A DNA stretch of 64,000 bases from positions 62,001 through 126,000 of the forward strand of contig CAUYUJ010000037.1 in NCBI GenBank assembly GCA_963575745.1, written 5' to 3'. The position numbers were made by a program, and so were the translations under genes. This document shows, in pieces, positions 52,796 to 64,000 of the stretch. The notes under the pieces are model-generated. The model saw nothing but the letters and a program-made list of their open reading frames with translations. It had not been told where the DNA came from and made no database searches. The stretch comes from Prorocentrum cordatum. Its lineage: Eukaryota. Position 1 is the stretch's first letter; every line of letters begins with the position of its first letter.

Positions 52796-53708
52796 CTTGC
52801 TAAGAGATGCCCGCAGAGATCGAAGAGACAGCCGAGCAGAGGGAGTGCGGAGGCAGACGCTAAAGGAGAGACGGGCGGACAAAGGGGGAACGATGGGCCT
52901 GCTTTCCACCACCACCACCATATGTTGGAGGGGGGAAGGAGGTGGAGGATGAGGAGGAGGAAGAAGAACAGGAGGAGGAGGAGGAGGAGGAGGAGGAGGA
53001 GGAGGTGGCATTGGAAAACAAGCCCACCAGGGAGGAGAGGACGGACGGAGCGGGCGCCCAGGCGAACACGGCGGAGAGGCGGGAGGGCCCGCGGGAGAGA
53101 GGCTGGCCCCGCCCCCCCCCCTCGCGCACGCACTGGTCAACTCCGTTACGGCTCGGGGTGCCACGATGCGAGGACGACGTGTCCTCCTCCTCCTCCTCCT
53201 CCTCCTCCTCCTCTCCTCCGCCTCCTCCTCCTCTCCTCCCCCCCTCTCAGTCCTCGCCTCTTCCTCCTCATCATCCCCTCCTCCGCCTCCTCATACTCCT
53301 ACTTCCCCTCCTCCTCAGCCTCATCCTCATCCTCCTTCCTCCTCCTCCGCCTCCTCCTCCTCCGGCCCATCCTCTCCTCCTCCGTCCTCCTCCCGCATCC
53401 TCCTCCTCCTCCGCCCTCCGCCCTCCTCCTCCTTCCTCCTCCGCCTTCCGCCTCCCTCCTCCCCGGCCTCCTCTCTACTCCGCCTCTCCGCCTCCTCCGA
53501 TTCCTCCTTCTCCTCCGCCCCTCACTCAGCCTCCCTCCCGCCTCCTCCTCCGCCTCCTCCTCCTCCGCCTCCTCCTCCGCCGCCGCCTCCGCCTCCGCCT
53601 CCTCCTCATGGCCGGCGCAGCGGATCTGCGCGCAGATGCCTCGATGCTGGCTCGACTCGCCCAGCCCGCCACGACCTCCGAGGGATGGGGGGAGCACGCA
53701 GGGAGTGC

Positions 53709-53835
53709 CTCCCGCTGGATGTCGAAGCTCTGCAGCAGGTCAACCATGCTCTCGAGGACCTGGGTGAATCCCTCCATGGCTTCATCGAAGTGGACGTGCA
53801 CGTGCTCGGCTCGCGAGCGAACGGTGTCGTCCAGC
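53709..53835 (-). CDS. Host gene exon LDDTVRSRAEHVHVHFDEAMEGFTQVLESMVDLLQSFDIQRE
   Basis: ccctcccag|G acceptor, GAG|gc donor, 127 nt, GC3-rich. Confidence 0.75.
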
Positions 53836-54739
53836 CTGGGAGGGAGCGTGCACGCAGCAGCATGATGGCAGAGAAAACGGACACGGCAAGTCCCCTCCTG
53901 CGACGGCCACGTGAGGTTACTCTGTTTCTCTTTCTCTCTCTCTCTCTCTCTCTGTCGTTCTGAAATTCGATACATATATACATATATACACATACATACA
54001 TACATACATACATACATACATACATACATACATACATACATACATACATACATACATACATACATACATACATACAGACATGCATGCATGCATGCATGCA
54101 TGCATGAATGCATGCATGCATGCATGCATGCATACATACATACATACATACATACATACATACATGCATACATGCATACATACATACATACATACATACA
54201 CAGACGTACACACAGGTAGCAAAACATATCTTATCCGCCGACCCCAGCTTGCCAGTACCCTTCCCCCTCTTTCCCCCACCCAGGAGTCCAAGAGCCTCTT
54301 TGAGGGGCTGGCAGGAGGGCTGAGCTCACCAAAGCACCCTTTCGGCTCTACCTGGCTCGAACCTGGCCCCAAATGCCCTAGGATGGATTCCAAGATGGCG
54401 CAGCATGGTCCTAGTTGGCTCAAGATGCCATCCAGCATGCCTCGAAGAATACCACAGGCTGCCCCAAGGCGGCGCCAAAGGCCTCCCAGCGTCTGCAGTC
54501 CATATAAACATGTACGTTTATGTGTGTATCTACGTACTTAGACATGAAGCCGATGCGTACCTATAAACAGAACGCAAGATATAAAGATGGATACACATAC
54601 ATACACATACATATGCATACACATGAACATATGCATAGAAGATGCATAGATTTGTGTTGGCGGGGGCGGCCTCGCGCGCACCGGCGAGGACGAGGCAGGG
54701 CAAGTCGGATACGCACACAAGAACAACACGGGGTGAAAA

Positions 54740-54823
54740 TAATAATAAAAACAACAACAACAACAACAACAGCAGCAACAATAACAACAGCAGCAACAAT
54801 AACAACAATAACAACAACAACGA

Positions 54824-54873
<50 letters not shown>

Positions 54874-54887
54874 CAACAACAACAACG

Positions 54888-54942
<55 letters not shown>

Positions 54943-55140
54943 CGGCAGCACCAACAACAACAACAACAACAGCAAATACAACAACAACGACAACAACAAC
55001 AACAACAACAACAACAAAACCAACAATTGCAACAGCACCAGTAACAACAATAGCAACAGCCACAGCAGCAGCAACAACAACAATCACAACAACAACGGCA
55101 ACAACAGCAACAACAACAGCAACAGCAACAACAATAATCA
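54740..55140 (+). repeat. (CAA)n microsatellite (others at 27552-27680, 57980-58497, 60166-60600)
   Basis: Direct reading. Confidence 0.97.
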
Positions 55141-55554
55141 TGTTAAGACTATTCGTTACTATTGCTCGACTGCCACTCAACACGTATATCCCAAGCCCGC
55201 GATACCCGCCCTCTTCGTCTTCGACCGTACCCCCTTCGGGGTATATCTCTCTGAGGACGGATGGAAGGAAATGTCAAGGGGGAGGAAGGAGGATGGAGCA
55301 CGAGACGGAGTAGAAGGAGGAGGGCTAAGAGCAGAAAACACGTGGTAGAACCAGACGGGCAGATCGCGGACCAGAACTACAAGAGACTGTGCACGGCGGA
55401 TATCTATATCGTGCGAAGTCTGCGTGGCCGACTCGCAGAACAGAGATACAAAAGGCCACGAGGCATTGAACTGGGAATGAGAAGTCAAAGGAAGACATCG
55501 GGGTGGAAGAACAGTCGCCTCGGCAGAAGCAGCGGGATGATGGGACCTGCCCGC

Positions 55555-56437
55555 AGCCCTGCCTCCACGACGCCCAGCAGCCCTCGAAAGTGGGGATAGT
55601 TTCACAATTCGCAGCCCTCCGGGGATGGCGAAGTCCTGTTTGGATCTGCGTGGGGCCCCACTGTGCTGCCCTGCCCAGCAGCCCTCGAAAGTAGCGACAG
55701 TTTCACACTTCGCAGCCCCAAAAGGATGGCGAGATCCCGGTTGGATCTGCATCGCACCCCACTCTGTTGGCCCCCCCAGCAGCCCTCGAAAGCGGCGACA
55801 GTTTCACAATTCGCAGCCCCGCCCCGGGGATGGCGAGGTCCCGTCTGGATCTGCGTGGGGCCTCACTGTGCTGCCCCCCCCCCGCTGCACTCAAAAATGG
55901 CGCCAGTTTCACACTTCGCAGCTCCAAAAGGATGGCGAGGTCCCGTTTGGGTCCGCGTGGGGCCCCACTGTGCGGGCTCCCCCGGCAGCCCTCGAAAGCG
56001 GCGACAGTTTCACACATCGCAGCCACCCAGATATGGCGAGATCCCGTTTGGGTCCGCGTGGGGCTCCACTGTGCGGGCTCCCCCAGGAGCCCCCGAAAGT
56101 GGCGACAGTTTCACACTGTGGGGCCACAGGCTCCCCCAGCAGCCCTCGAAAGTGGCGACGGTTTTACACTTCGCAAACCCCCAGCGATAGCGAGGTCCCG
56201 TTTGGATCTGCGTGGGGTCCCCCGGCAGCCCCCGAAAATGGCGACAATTTCACATGCAGCCCCCCAGGGCTGGCGGGATCCCGTTTGGGTCCGCCTGGGG
56301 CCCCACTGTGCGGTCCGTCAGCAGGCAGGTGTAGGCAGGCGAGAGAGGGACACAGGGCGGAAGGAGGAAGGGAAGGGAGTTGGCACCCCACTGCTCTATT
56401 CAAAACGAGAACCCGACCAAGGGATGGTTGGGAAAAA
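55555..56437 (+). mobile_element. ~100-bp-unit tandem array ending in a hairpin plus A-run terminus
   Basis: cagccctcgaaag at ~55579, 55679, 55780, 55987; terminus ctctattcaaaacgagaacccgaccaagggatggttgggaaaaaa, shared with 10937-10979. Confidence 0.75.
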
Positions 56438-56764
56438 ATACAAATGTGATCGGAGGGGTGATCAACAATGACTGTTCTGCAGAAACGAAACTTCAACAAC
56501 GACAGCAGCAACAACAACAGCAGCAACAAACTGTTTAAGACTGTTCGCTCTTATCTGTTCGAGTGTCACTCAACGTGCACATCCTAAACCCTTAATGCCC
56601 GCCCTCTTCGTCTTCGATCGTACCCCTTTTGGGCGGTATATCTTTCTTCCCTGCAGGACGGGCCCCGGCAAGCGACGGGGCTGCCGCGGACCGTCGGCCT
56701 GGCCAGCGGAAACGCCGATCGGCGGCAACCAGACCCCAAGAGAGACGAACAGAGGGCCGACCAC

Positions 56765-56799
<35 letters not shown>

Positions 56800-56859
56800 A
56801 AAGCGAGAGCGAAAGCGAGAGCGAGAGCGACAGCGGGGGCACAACGGGCAGGAACTGGG

Positions 56860-57740
56860 CCACGAAGGACGACAGCGGGGCCACGAAGGGCATGCGTATG
56901 GGGCCACGAAGGGCGCGAACGAGCGGGGGCCACGAAGGGCAGATAATGCGGGGCCACCAGAGGGCAACGACGGGGCCACTGAGGGTAGCAACGGGGCCAC
57001 GTAGGACAGCAACGGAGCCACGAAGGGCATGCCTATGAGTCCACGACGGGCGCGAACGAGCGGGGGCCACGAAGAGCATACGTATATTGGGCCGCAGAGG
57101 GCAAGGACGGGGCCACTGAGGGCAGCAACGAGGCCACGAAGGGCATCGAGGGGGCCACGAGGCCACGAAGCGCATGCATGTGGCCACGATGGGCGCGAAC
57201 GAGCGGGGGCCACGAAGCGCATGCATATATGGGGCCACGAAGGGCAGCGAGGCGGCCACGAAGGGCTGCAACGGGGCCACGGCAGCGAGGGGGCCACGAA
57301 GGGGTGCAACGGGTCCACGAAGGGCAGCGAGGGGGCCACGAAGGGCTGGAACGGGTCCACGAAGGGCTGGAACGGGTCCATGAAGGGCAGAGAGGGGGTA
57401 ACGAAGGGCTGCAACGGGTCCACGAAGGGCAACGACGGGGCCACGAAGGGCTGCAACGGGGCCACGAAGGGCAGCGAGAGGGCCACGAAGGGCCACGACG
57501 GGCAGCGAGATCCCGATTCCTAAAGAAGCTTTGAGGGAGTCCTAAGCGTGAGCACGACTCATGGGTGCCTGAGTGTCGGGAGCGCGGCGCTTGAGTTAAT
57601 AGCGGGGAATTCCAACGCAAGACCGCGATTCTCGAATAAATTGCAAGCAAGTCTCCAGCGAGAGCACGATTCCAGAGCGCCGAGAGAGCGAGTCCTGAAT
57701 AAATTGTCAGGAAGTCCCAAGCGAGACCGCGATTCCTGAG
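56860..57740 (+). repeat. ~21-bp gggccacgaagggc minisatellite followed by degenerate gcgagaccgcgattcc repeats
   Basis: Direct reading. Confidence 0.9.
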
Positions 57741-58047
57741 AAAAATGCCAAGAAATCTCCGGCGGGAGCGGGGGGACTGGCAAAATTGTGAGGAAGTCTC
57801 AGGCGGGAGCCATTATTGTTGTTATCACCCGGGGGCCAGGGTCGTAATTTGAGCGCAATAATTTTCCCTGGTGAAAAACAAGGCGCGAGCCCCGGGGGAA
57901 GCACTTCAATTGAAAATCACAATGGTCACAGGAGGGGGGGAATCCATAATAAAAAAAATCATCCGTAACGACAGGTAAACAACAACCGCAACAGCAAGAA
58001 CCATAACAACAACAACAACAACAACAACAACAACCACAACAACAACG

Positions 58048-58095
<48 letters not shown>

Positions 58096-58433
58096 GCAAC
58101 AACAACAACAACAACCACAACCACAACCACAACCACAATCACAACCACAACCACAACCACAACAATAATAATAGCAACAACAAAACAGCAACAACTACAG
58201 GAAAACGACAACCGCAACAACAACAACAAAAACAAAACAACAACAACAACGACAACAGCAGCAACAACAACAACCAGCAACAACAGCAACAGCAATAGCA
58301 ACAACAAATGTGACTACAGCAACAACAATAAGAACAACAACCACAACAGCAACCATCTAAAAGCAAAAAATGCAGAAGTTGCAACAACGGCAACGACAGA
58401 CAGCAACAACAAGCCAGCAACAACAACAGAAAT

Positions 58434-58492
<59 letters not shown>

Positions 58493-58497
58493 CCACA

Positions 58498-60166
58498 ATC
58501 ACTTTACCCGAACGCTCAGTGTTCTCACCAGGGCCAGGGTTTTCATGCGACGCCAGCCAATACCCCCACTTTGTGGGGGGGCAGTGCAAGCTCTACCAAA
58601 TATCCACACGACTCTTCGCCACCACCCACACCCAGCTTCCCGCCCTATGACGTTCGGACACTTCACTTCGTGGCCTGCGGACGACCGTGGCTACTACACT
58701 GGCGTGGAGTACACACCTACAGAAGTTGTTAGGACAGCGCGCGCGGGTAGAAATTTTGAAAAGTCGTGCAGGTGTTTTTCGAGGACTTACGGTGCGATTC
58801 GTGTGATTTTATGATGCGCGGTGCTAAAATTCTTAAGAACCCAATTGTTTTTGGAGATTTCGCGCTGCGCGCGCGAAGAAAAAACGAATGTGTTCCCGCA
58901 TGTATTATTTGACAGGGATGATGGTCCCGCATGGTATGAAAACCCGTGTCGCAGAAGTTCGAAAAAAGTTGCTCGCAAAAAAGCCCGTTTGACAGAAATG
59001 TAAAAAGTGTTGGGTGCTAAACGAAGCCGACAAGAGCGCGCGGGATGAGATTTTGACATTTGTTTGTTGAAAAACCATGGTTTTTTTTGGTTTTATGTTA
59101 AAATCGCTCGACACTAAGCTTTTGGAAAGGATTTCGTCTTGCGCGGCGCGAATGTCACTTTACTTATTGTTTGCAGGGATTTCTTGAATTTGATATATTA
59201 GAACAAGAATGTCATTTTATAGTGTTTTTGTAAGGGAAACAGCGGGGGGAACAAAAAAATAACGGATCTGAGCACATCGAATTACCTTGAGGCTTCTTCA
59301 CCAAATGTGATGAAAAATGTAGCTGCGGCTCAGCGGCGCCAGGGGGGCCGTGCACCAGGGGTCCCAACAATAATTATTCTTTAGAATTAATAATGTTCAA
59401 CAACAATTACTAGCACGTGGGGACACTCCGTTCTCACCAGTGCCAGGGTTTCATAGGAGGCGGGCAATACCCCCACTTTGTGGGGGGGCCGGTTCAAGCT
59501 CTACCAAATTTCCAAACGACTCTTCGCCACACCCACACCCAGCTTCCCGCCCTATGACGTTCGGACACTTCACTTCGTGGCATGCGGACGACCGTGGCTA
59601 CTATTCAGGGCCCCGCGGCCGACGACGACGGCGTGCGCGCGCGAAGAAAAAACGAATGTGTCCCGATGGTATTATTTGACAGGGATGATGGCCCTGGCAG
59701 GTGCGCAACCGTTGTCGCAGAAGTTCGAAAAAGTTGTTCGCAAAAGCCCGTTTGACAGAAATGTTTAAAAAGTGTTGGGTTTCCTACGAATCCGCAAGAG
59801 CGCGCGGGATGAGATTTTGACAGATTTTTGTTGAAAAACCATTGGTTTTTTGATGTTTTTATGTTAAAATCGCTGCGAACACTAAGGTTTTGGAAGGATT
59901 TCGTCTTGCGCGCGCGAATGTCCACTTTACCTTATTTTTTTGCAAGGGATTCTTGAAATTTGATATATTAGAACAAGAAATGTCATTTTCTATTGTTTTT
60001 TGCAAGGGAAAGCGGATTACAACAAAACAACCGGATCCTGTACACACCCTCTTTTCTGAGGCTTCCTCACGAAAATGATGAAAAATGTAGCTGCGGCCTA
60101 GGCGGCGCAGGGGGGGCGCGCACCAGGGGGCCCAACAATAATTATTCTTTAGAATAAATAATGTTC
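58498..60166 (+). mobile_element. Two tandem copies of the (CAA)n-anchored ~800-900 bp element
   Basis: Same head (ttacccgaacgc..ccagggttttcat..atacccccactt) and tail (cccaacaataattattctttagaat..aatgttcaac) as 27681-28466. Confidence 0.88.
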
Positions 60167-60211
60167 AACAACAAACAACAACAAACAACAACAACAACAA
60201 CAACAACAACC

Positions 60212-60246
<35 letters not shown>

Positions 60247-60599
60247 ACAACAAAACAACTAACAACAACAAGAACAACAACAAAAACAGCAGCAGCAACA
60301 AACCAACAACAACAACACAATCACCAAACCTCAAAAACAACAACAACAACAACACAACAACAACAAACAAACAACAACAAAACAAACAATAACAACAACA
60401 AACAACAACAACCAACAACAACAACAATCAACAAACAAACAACAACAACAACAACAGCAGCAGCAGCAGCAGCAACAACAACAACAACAATGATAATAAT
60501 CATAATAATAATAATGATAATAACAATAACAACAGAAGCATCATCGACAACAACGACGACGACAACGACAACGACGACGACCAACACAACGACGACCAC

Positions 60600-63560
60600 C
60601 CCCCCTGACACAGCCAGCCTCCTGAGGCCTCTGGGCATGGGTTTTTCGTAGGTTCGAAGGCCCCCCCACTCAGCAAAATCCTTGCCGAGACCTCTCCCAC
60701 CCCCCCTGACACAGCCAGCGCCCTGAAGCCTCTGGGCATGGATTTTTCGTAGGTTCGAAGGGCCCCCCACTCAGCAAAATCCTCGCCGGGACCCCCCCCC
60801 ACCCCCCCTGACACAGCCAGCCTCCTGAAGCCTCTGGGCATGGGTTTTTCGTCGGTTGGAAGGCTCCACCACTCAGCAAAATCCTTGCCGGGACCCCCCC
60901 ATCTCCCCTGACACAGCCAGCCTCCTGAGGCCTGTGGGCATGGGTTCTTCGTAAATTCGAAGGCCTCTCCACTCAGCAAAATCCTCGCCGGGACCCCCCC
61001 CACCCCCCCTGACACTGCCAGCCTCCTGAGGCCTCTGGGCATAGGTTTTTTCGCCAGGTTGAATGCCCCCCCCCACTCAGGCAAAATCCTCTCCGAGACC
61101 CACCCCACCTTCCTGACCCCAGACAGCTCCTGAGGCCCTCTGGGCATGGTTTTTCCTAGGTTCGAAGGGCCCCCTCAGCAAAATCCTCGCCTGGGGACAC
61201 CTTCCCCCCCCCCCTCCCCTCCCACCCCCGACACAAGCCAGCCCTGAAGCCTGGGTATTGGGTTTTTTGTAAGTTTGAAGGCCCCCCACTCAGCAAAATC
61301 CTGGCCGGGACCCCCCCCCACCCCACCCCCTGACCCACAGCACCCTTCGCGAGGCCTATGGGCATCGGTGGTTCGTAGGTTGATGGCAACCCCATCAGAA
61401 AAATCACTCGCGGGAATTCCCCACCCCCCCTGGACCACAGCCATCTCCTGATGCTTTGGGCATGGGTTTTCGTAGGATTGAAAAACCCCCCCACACCATG
61501 CAAAATCCTCGCCGCGACCTCCCCACCCCCCCTGACACAGCCAGCCTCCTGAGGCCTCTGGCCATTGGTTTTTCGCAGGTTCGAAGGCCCCCCCACTCAG
61601 CAAAATCCTCGCCGGGGCCCACCCCACCTTCCCTGACACAGCCAGCCTCCTGAGGCATCTGGTCATATGTTTTTCGTAGGTTTGAAGGGCCCCCCACTCA
61701 GCAAAATCCTCACCGGGACCCCCCCACACCCCCCCTGACACAGCCAGCCTCCTGAGGCCTTTGGGCATCTGTTTTTCGTAGGTTCGAAGGCGCCCCCACT
61801 CAGCAAAATCCTCGCCGGAACCCTCCCCACCCCCCCTGACACAGCCAGCCTCCTGAGGCCTATGGGCATGGGTTTTTCCTAAGTTTGAAGGCCCCCCCAC
61901 TCAGCAAAATGCTCGCCAGGACCTCCCCCACCCACCCTGACAGAGCCAGCCTCCTGAGGCCTCTGGCCTTGAGTTCTTCCTAAGTTCGAAGGCCCCCCAC
62001 TCAGCAAAATCCTCGCCGGGACCCCCCCCATTTCCCCTGACACAGCCAGCCTCCTGAGGCCTCTGGGCATGGGTTTTTCGTAGGTTTGACGGCTCCCCCA
62101 CTCAGCAAAATCCTCGCCGGGACCCCCCCCCACCCCCTGACACAGCCAGCCTCCTGAGGCCTTCTGGGCACGGTTTTCGCAGGAGGTTTGAAGGCCCCCC
62201 AACTCAGCAAAATCTCGCGGGACCCCAATCCCCCTGACACCTCCAGCCTCCTTGAGGTCGGGGGCATGGACTTTTCATAGTTTGAAAGGCCCCCCCCACT
62301 CGCACAATCCTCGCCAGGACACCCCCCACCCTCCGAACAGCAGGGGCTCCCGCCTTGGGCCGGCCCACCCCAATTAGCAAAAATCTTCGCCGGGGACATC
62401 CCCCACCCCCCCTGACACAGCCAGCCCCCTGAGGCCTCTGGGCATGGGTTTTTCCTAAGTTTGAAGGCCCCACCACTCGACAAAATCCTCGCCGGGACCC
62501 TCCCCACCCCCCACACCCCCTAACACAGCCCACCTCCTGAGGACTGTGGGCATGGGTTTTTCGTAGGTTCGAAGGAACCCCCACTCAGCAAAATCTTCGC
62601 CGGGACCCCCCCCATCCCCCCCTGACACAGCCAGCCTCCTGAAACCTCTGGGCATGGGTTTTTCACAGGTTCGAACGCCCCCCCATTCAACAAAATCCTC
62701 GCCGGGACCCCCCCCACCCCCCCTGACACAGCCAGCCTCCTGAGGCCTTTGGGCATGGGTTTTTCGTAAGTTTGAAGGCTCCCCCACTCAGCAAAATCCT
62801 CGCTGGGAGTCCCCCCACCCCCCTGACACAGCCAGCCTCCTGAGGCCTTTGGGCATGGGTTTCTCGTAGGTTTGATGGCCCCCCCACTCAGCAAAATCCT
62901 CGCCGGGACACACTCCACCCCCCCTGACACAGCCAGCCTCCTGAGGCCTCTGGGCAGAGTTTTTCGTAGTTCGAAGGCCCCCTACTCAGAATCTTCGCCG
63001 GGACCTCCCCGCCCCCTGACACATCCAGACTCCTGAAGCCTCTGATTATGGCTTTTCGGTAGGTTGGAAGTGGCCCCCCCCCCACTCAGCAAAATCACGC
63101 GGGGACCCCCCCCCACCCCCATGACAAAGCCAGCCCCCTGAGGCCTATGGGCATTCAGTGTTCGTAGGTTTGAAGGCCCCCCCACTCAACAAAATCCTCG
63201 CCGGGACCCCCCCCCACCCCCTCTGACACAGCCAGTCTTCTGAGAATTCTGGGAATGGTTTTTTTCGTAGGTTTGAAGGAACCCCCACTCAGCAAAATCC
63301 TCGCCGAGACCTCTCCCACCCCCCCTGACACAGCCAGCGCCCTGAAGCCTCTGGGCATGGATTTTTCGTAGGTTTGAAAGCCTTCCCACTCAGCACAAGC
63401 CTCGCCGGGACTTCCCACCCCCCCTGACACAGCCAGCCTCCTGAGGCCTCTGGGCATGGGTTTTCGTATGTTTGAAGGCCCCCCCACTCAGCAAAATCCT
63501 CGCCAGGACCTCCCCACCCCTCCTGACACAGCCAGCCTCCTGAGGCCTCTGGGCATGGTT
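60600..63560 (+). repeat. ~101-bp satellite, ~29 units
   Basis: cccctgacacagccagcctcctgaggcctctgggcatgggtttttcgtaggtt(c/t)gaaggccccccactcagcaaaatcctcgccgggacc at ~60605, 60706, 60808 and onward. Confidence 0.97.
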
Positions 63561-64000
63561 TTTTTGTGGGCGCCCAACGCCATCGAAAGCGCGCGCGCTC
63601 GCTTGTGCTGCGCTGTGCGCGGGCACAAATTTCGCGCCCGCGCCTGGCCCGCGCGCGGGCGGGCAAGCTGGGCGCGCGGGCCGCCTCCCGCTTTCCTGCG
63701 CCGCGCGGCGCGCGGCCCCACGAGAAGGGCCCGCGCGCGCGAGGCGGGGGGGCCTCAGCATGTGCCTCGCGGCGCGCGGCCCCACGCGAAGGGCCTGCGC
63801 GCGCGAGGGGGGGGGGAGCGACGGCACGTGCCTCGCGGCGCGCGGCCCCGCGCGAAGGGCCCGCGCGCGAGGGGGGTGCGTCGTCACGCGCGTGGCTAGT
63901 CTGCTCTTCTGCTCGCTTTGCGTCGAACGCCCCGTGCAGGCGCGCCGCGGGGATCGCGTCGGGGCGGCTCGCGGCGCGGCTCGGGGTCGTGCGATGTGCA

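Noticed and set aside
60600..63560. CRISPR-like regular repeats (also the 73-bp arrays at 6.6 and 24.1 kb)
   Set aside because: The whole unit repeats with no unique spacers; no cas genes

Overview
Repeat-dominated, GC-rich eukaryotic genomic DNA with one assembly gap (N run ~48744-48843). No prokaryotic genes, rRNA, tRNA or CRISPR array are visible, and almost all listed ORFs are translations of repeats. Short GC3-rich exons with AG|G acceptors and GC or GT donors, plus the retroelement types, suggest a dinoflagellate such as Prorocentrum (inference, not verified). Contents: (1) scattered minus-strand candidate exons of an unknown host gene (~53.8 kb to ~22 kb), with a hydrophobic N-proximal part and repeated 'RPRRS..LE' micro-exons; (2) decayed retroelements, namely a LINE (28.5-30.6 kb), a Ty1/copia gag (34.9-35.9 kb), a copia IN-RT-RNaseH (39.2-42.7 kb) and an adjoining internally deleted second copia lineage (42.7-47 kb); (3) many microsatellites, 65-101 bp minisatellites, MITE-like foldbacks and microsatellite-anchored dispersed elements. 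Main findings: a set of non-coding elements with a shared end grammar (5' TCCGCC arm, matching subterminal inverted arm, GNA-loop mini-hairpin, short tail), whose arms co-vary between families and which form head-to-tail chains, resembling Helitron2/Helentron rolling-circle elements; and a 1.87-kb inversion (10510-12375) whose breakpoints can be reconstructed to the base.
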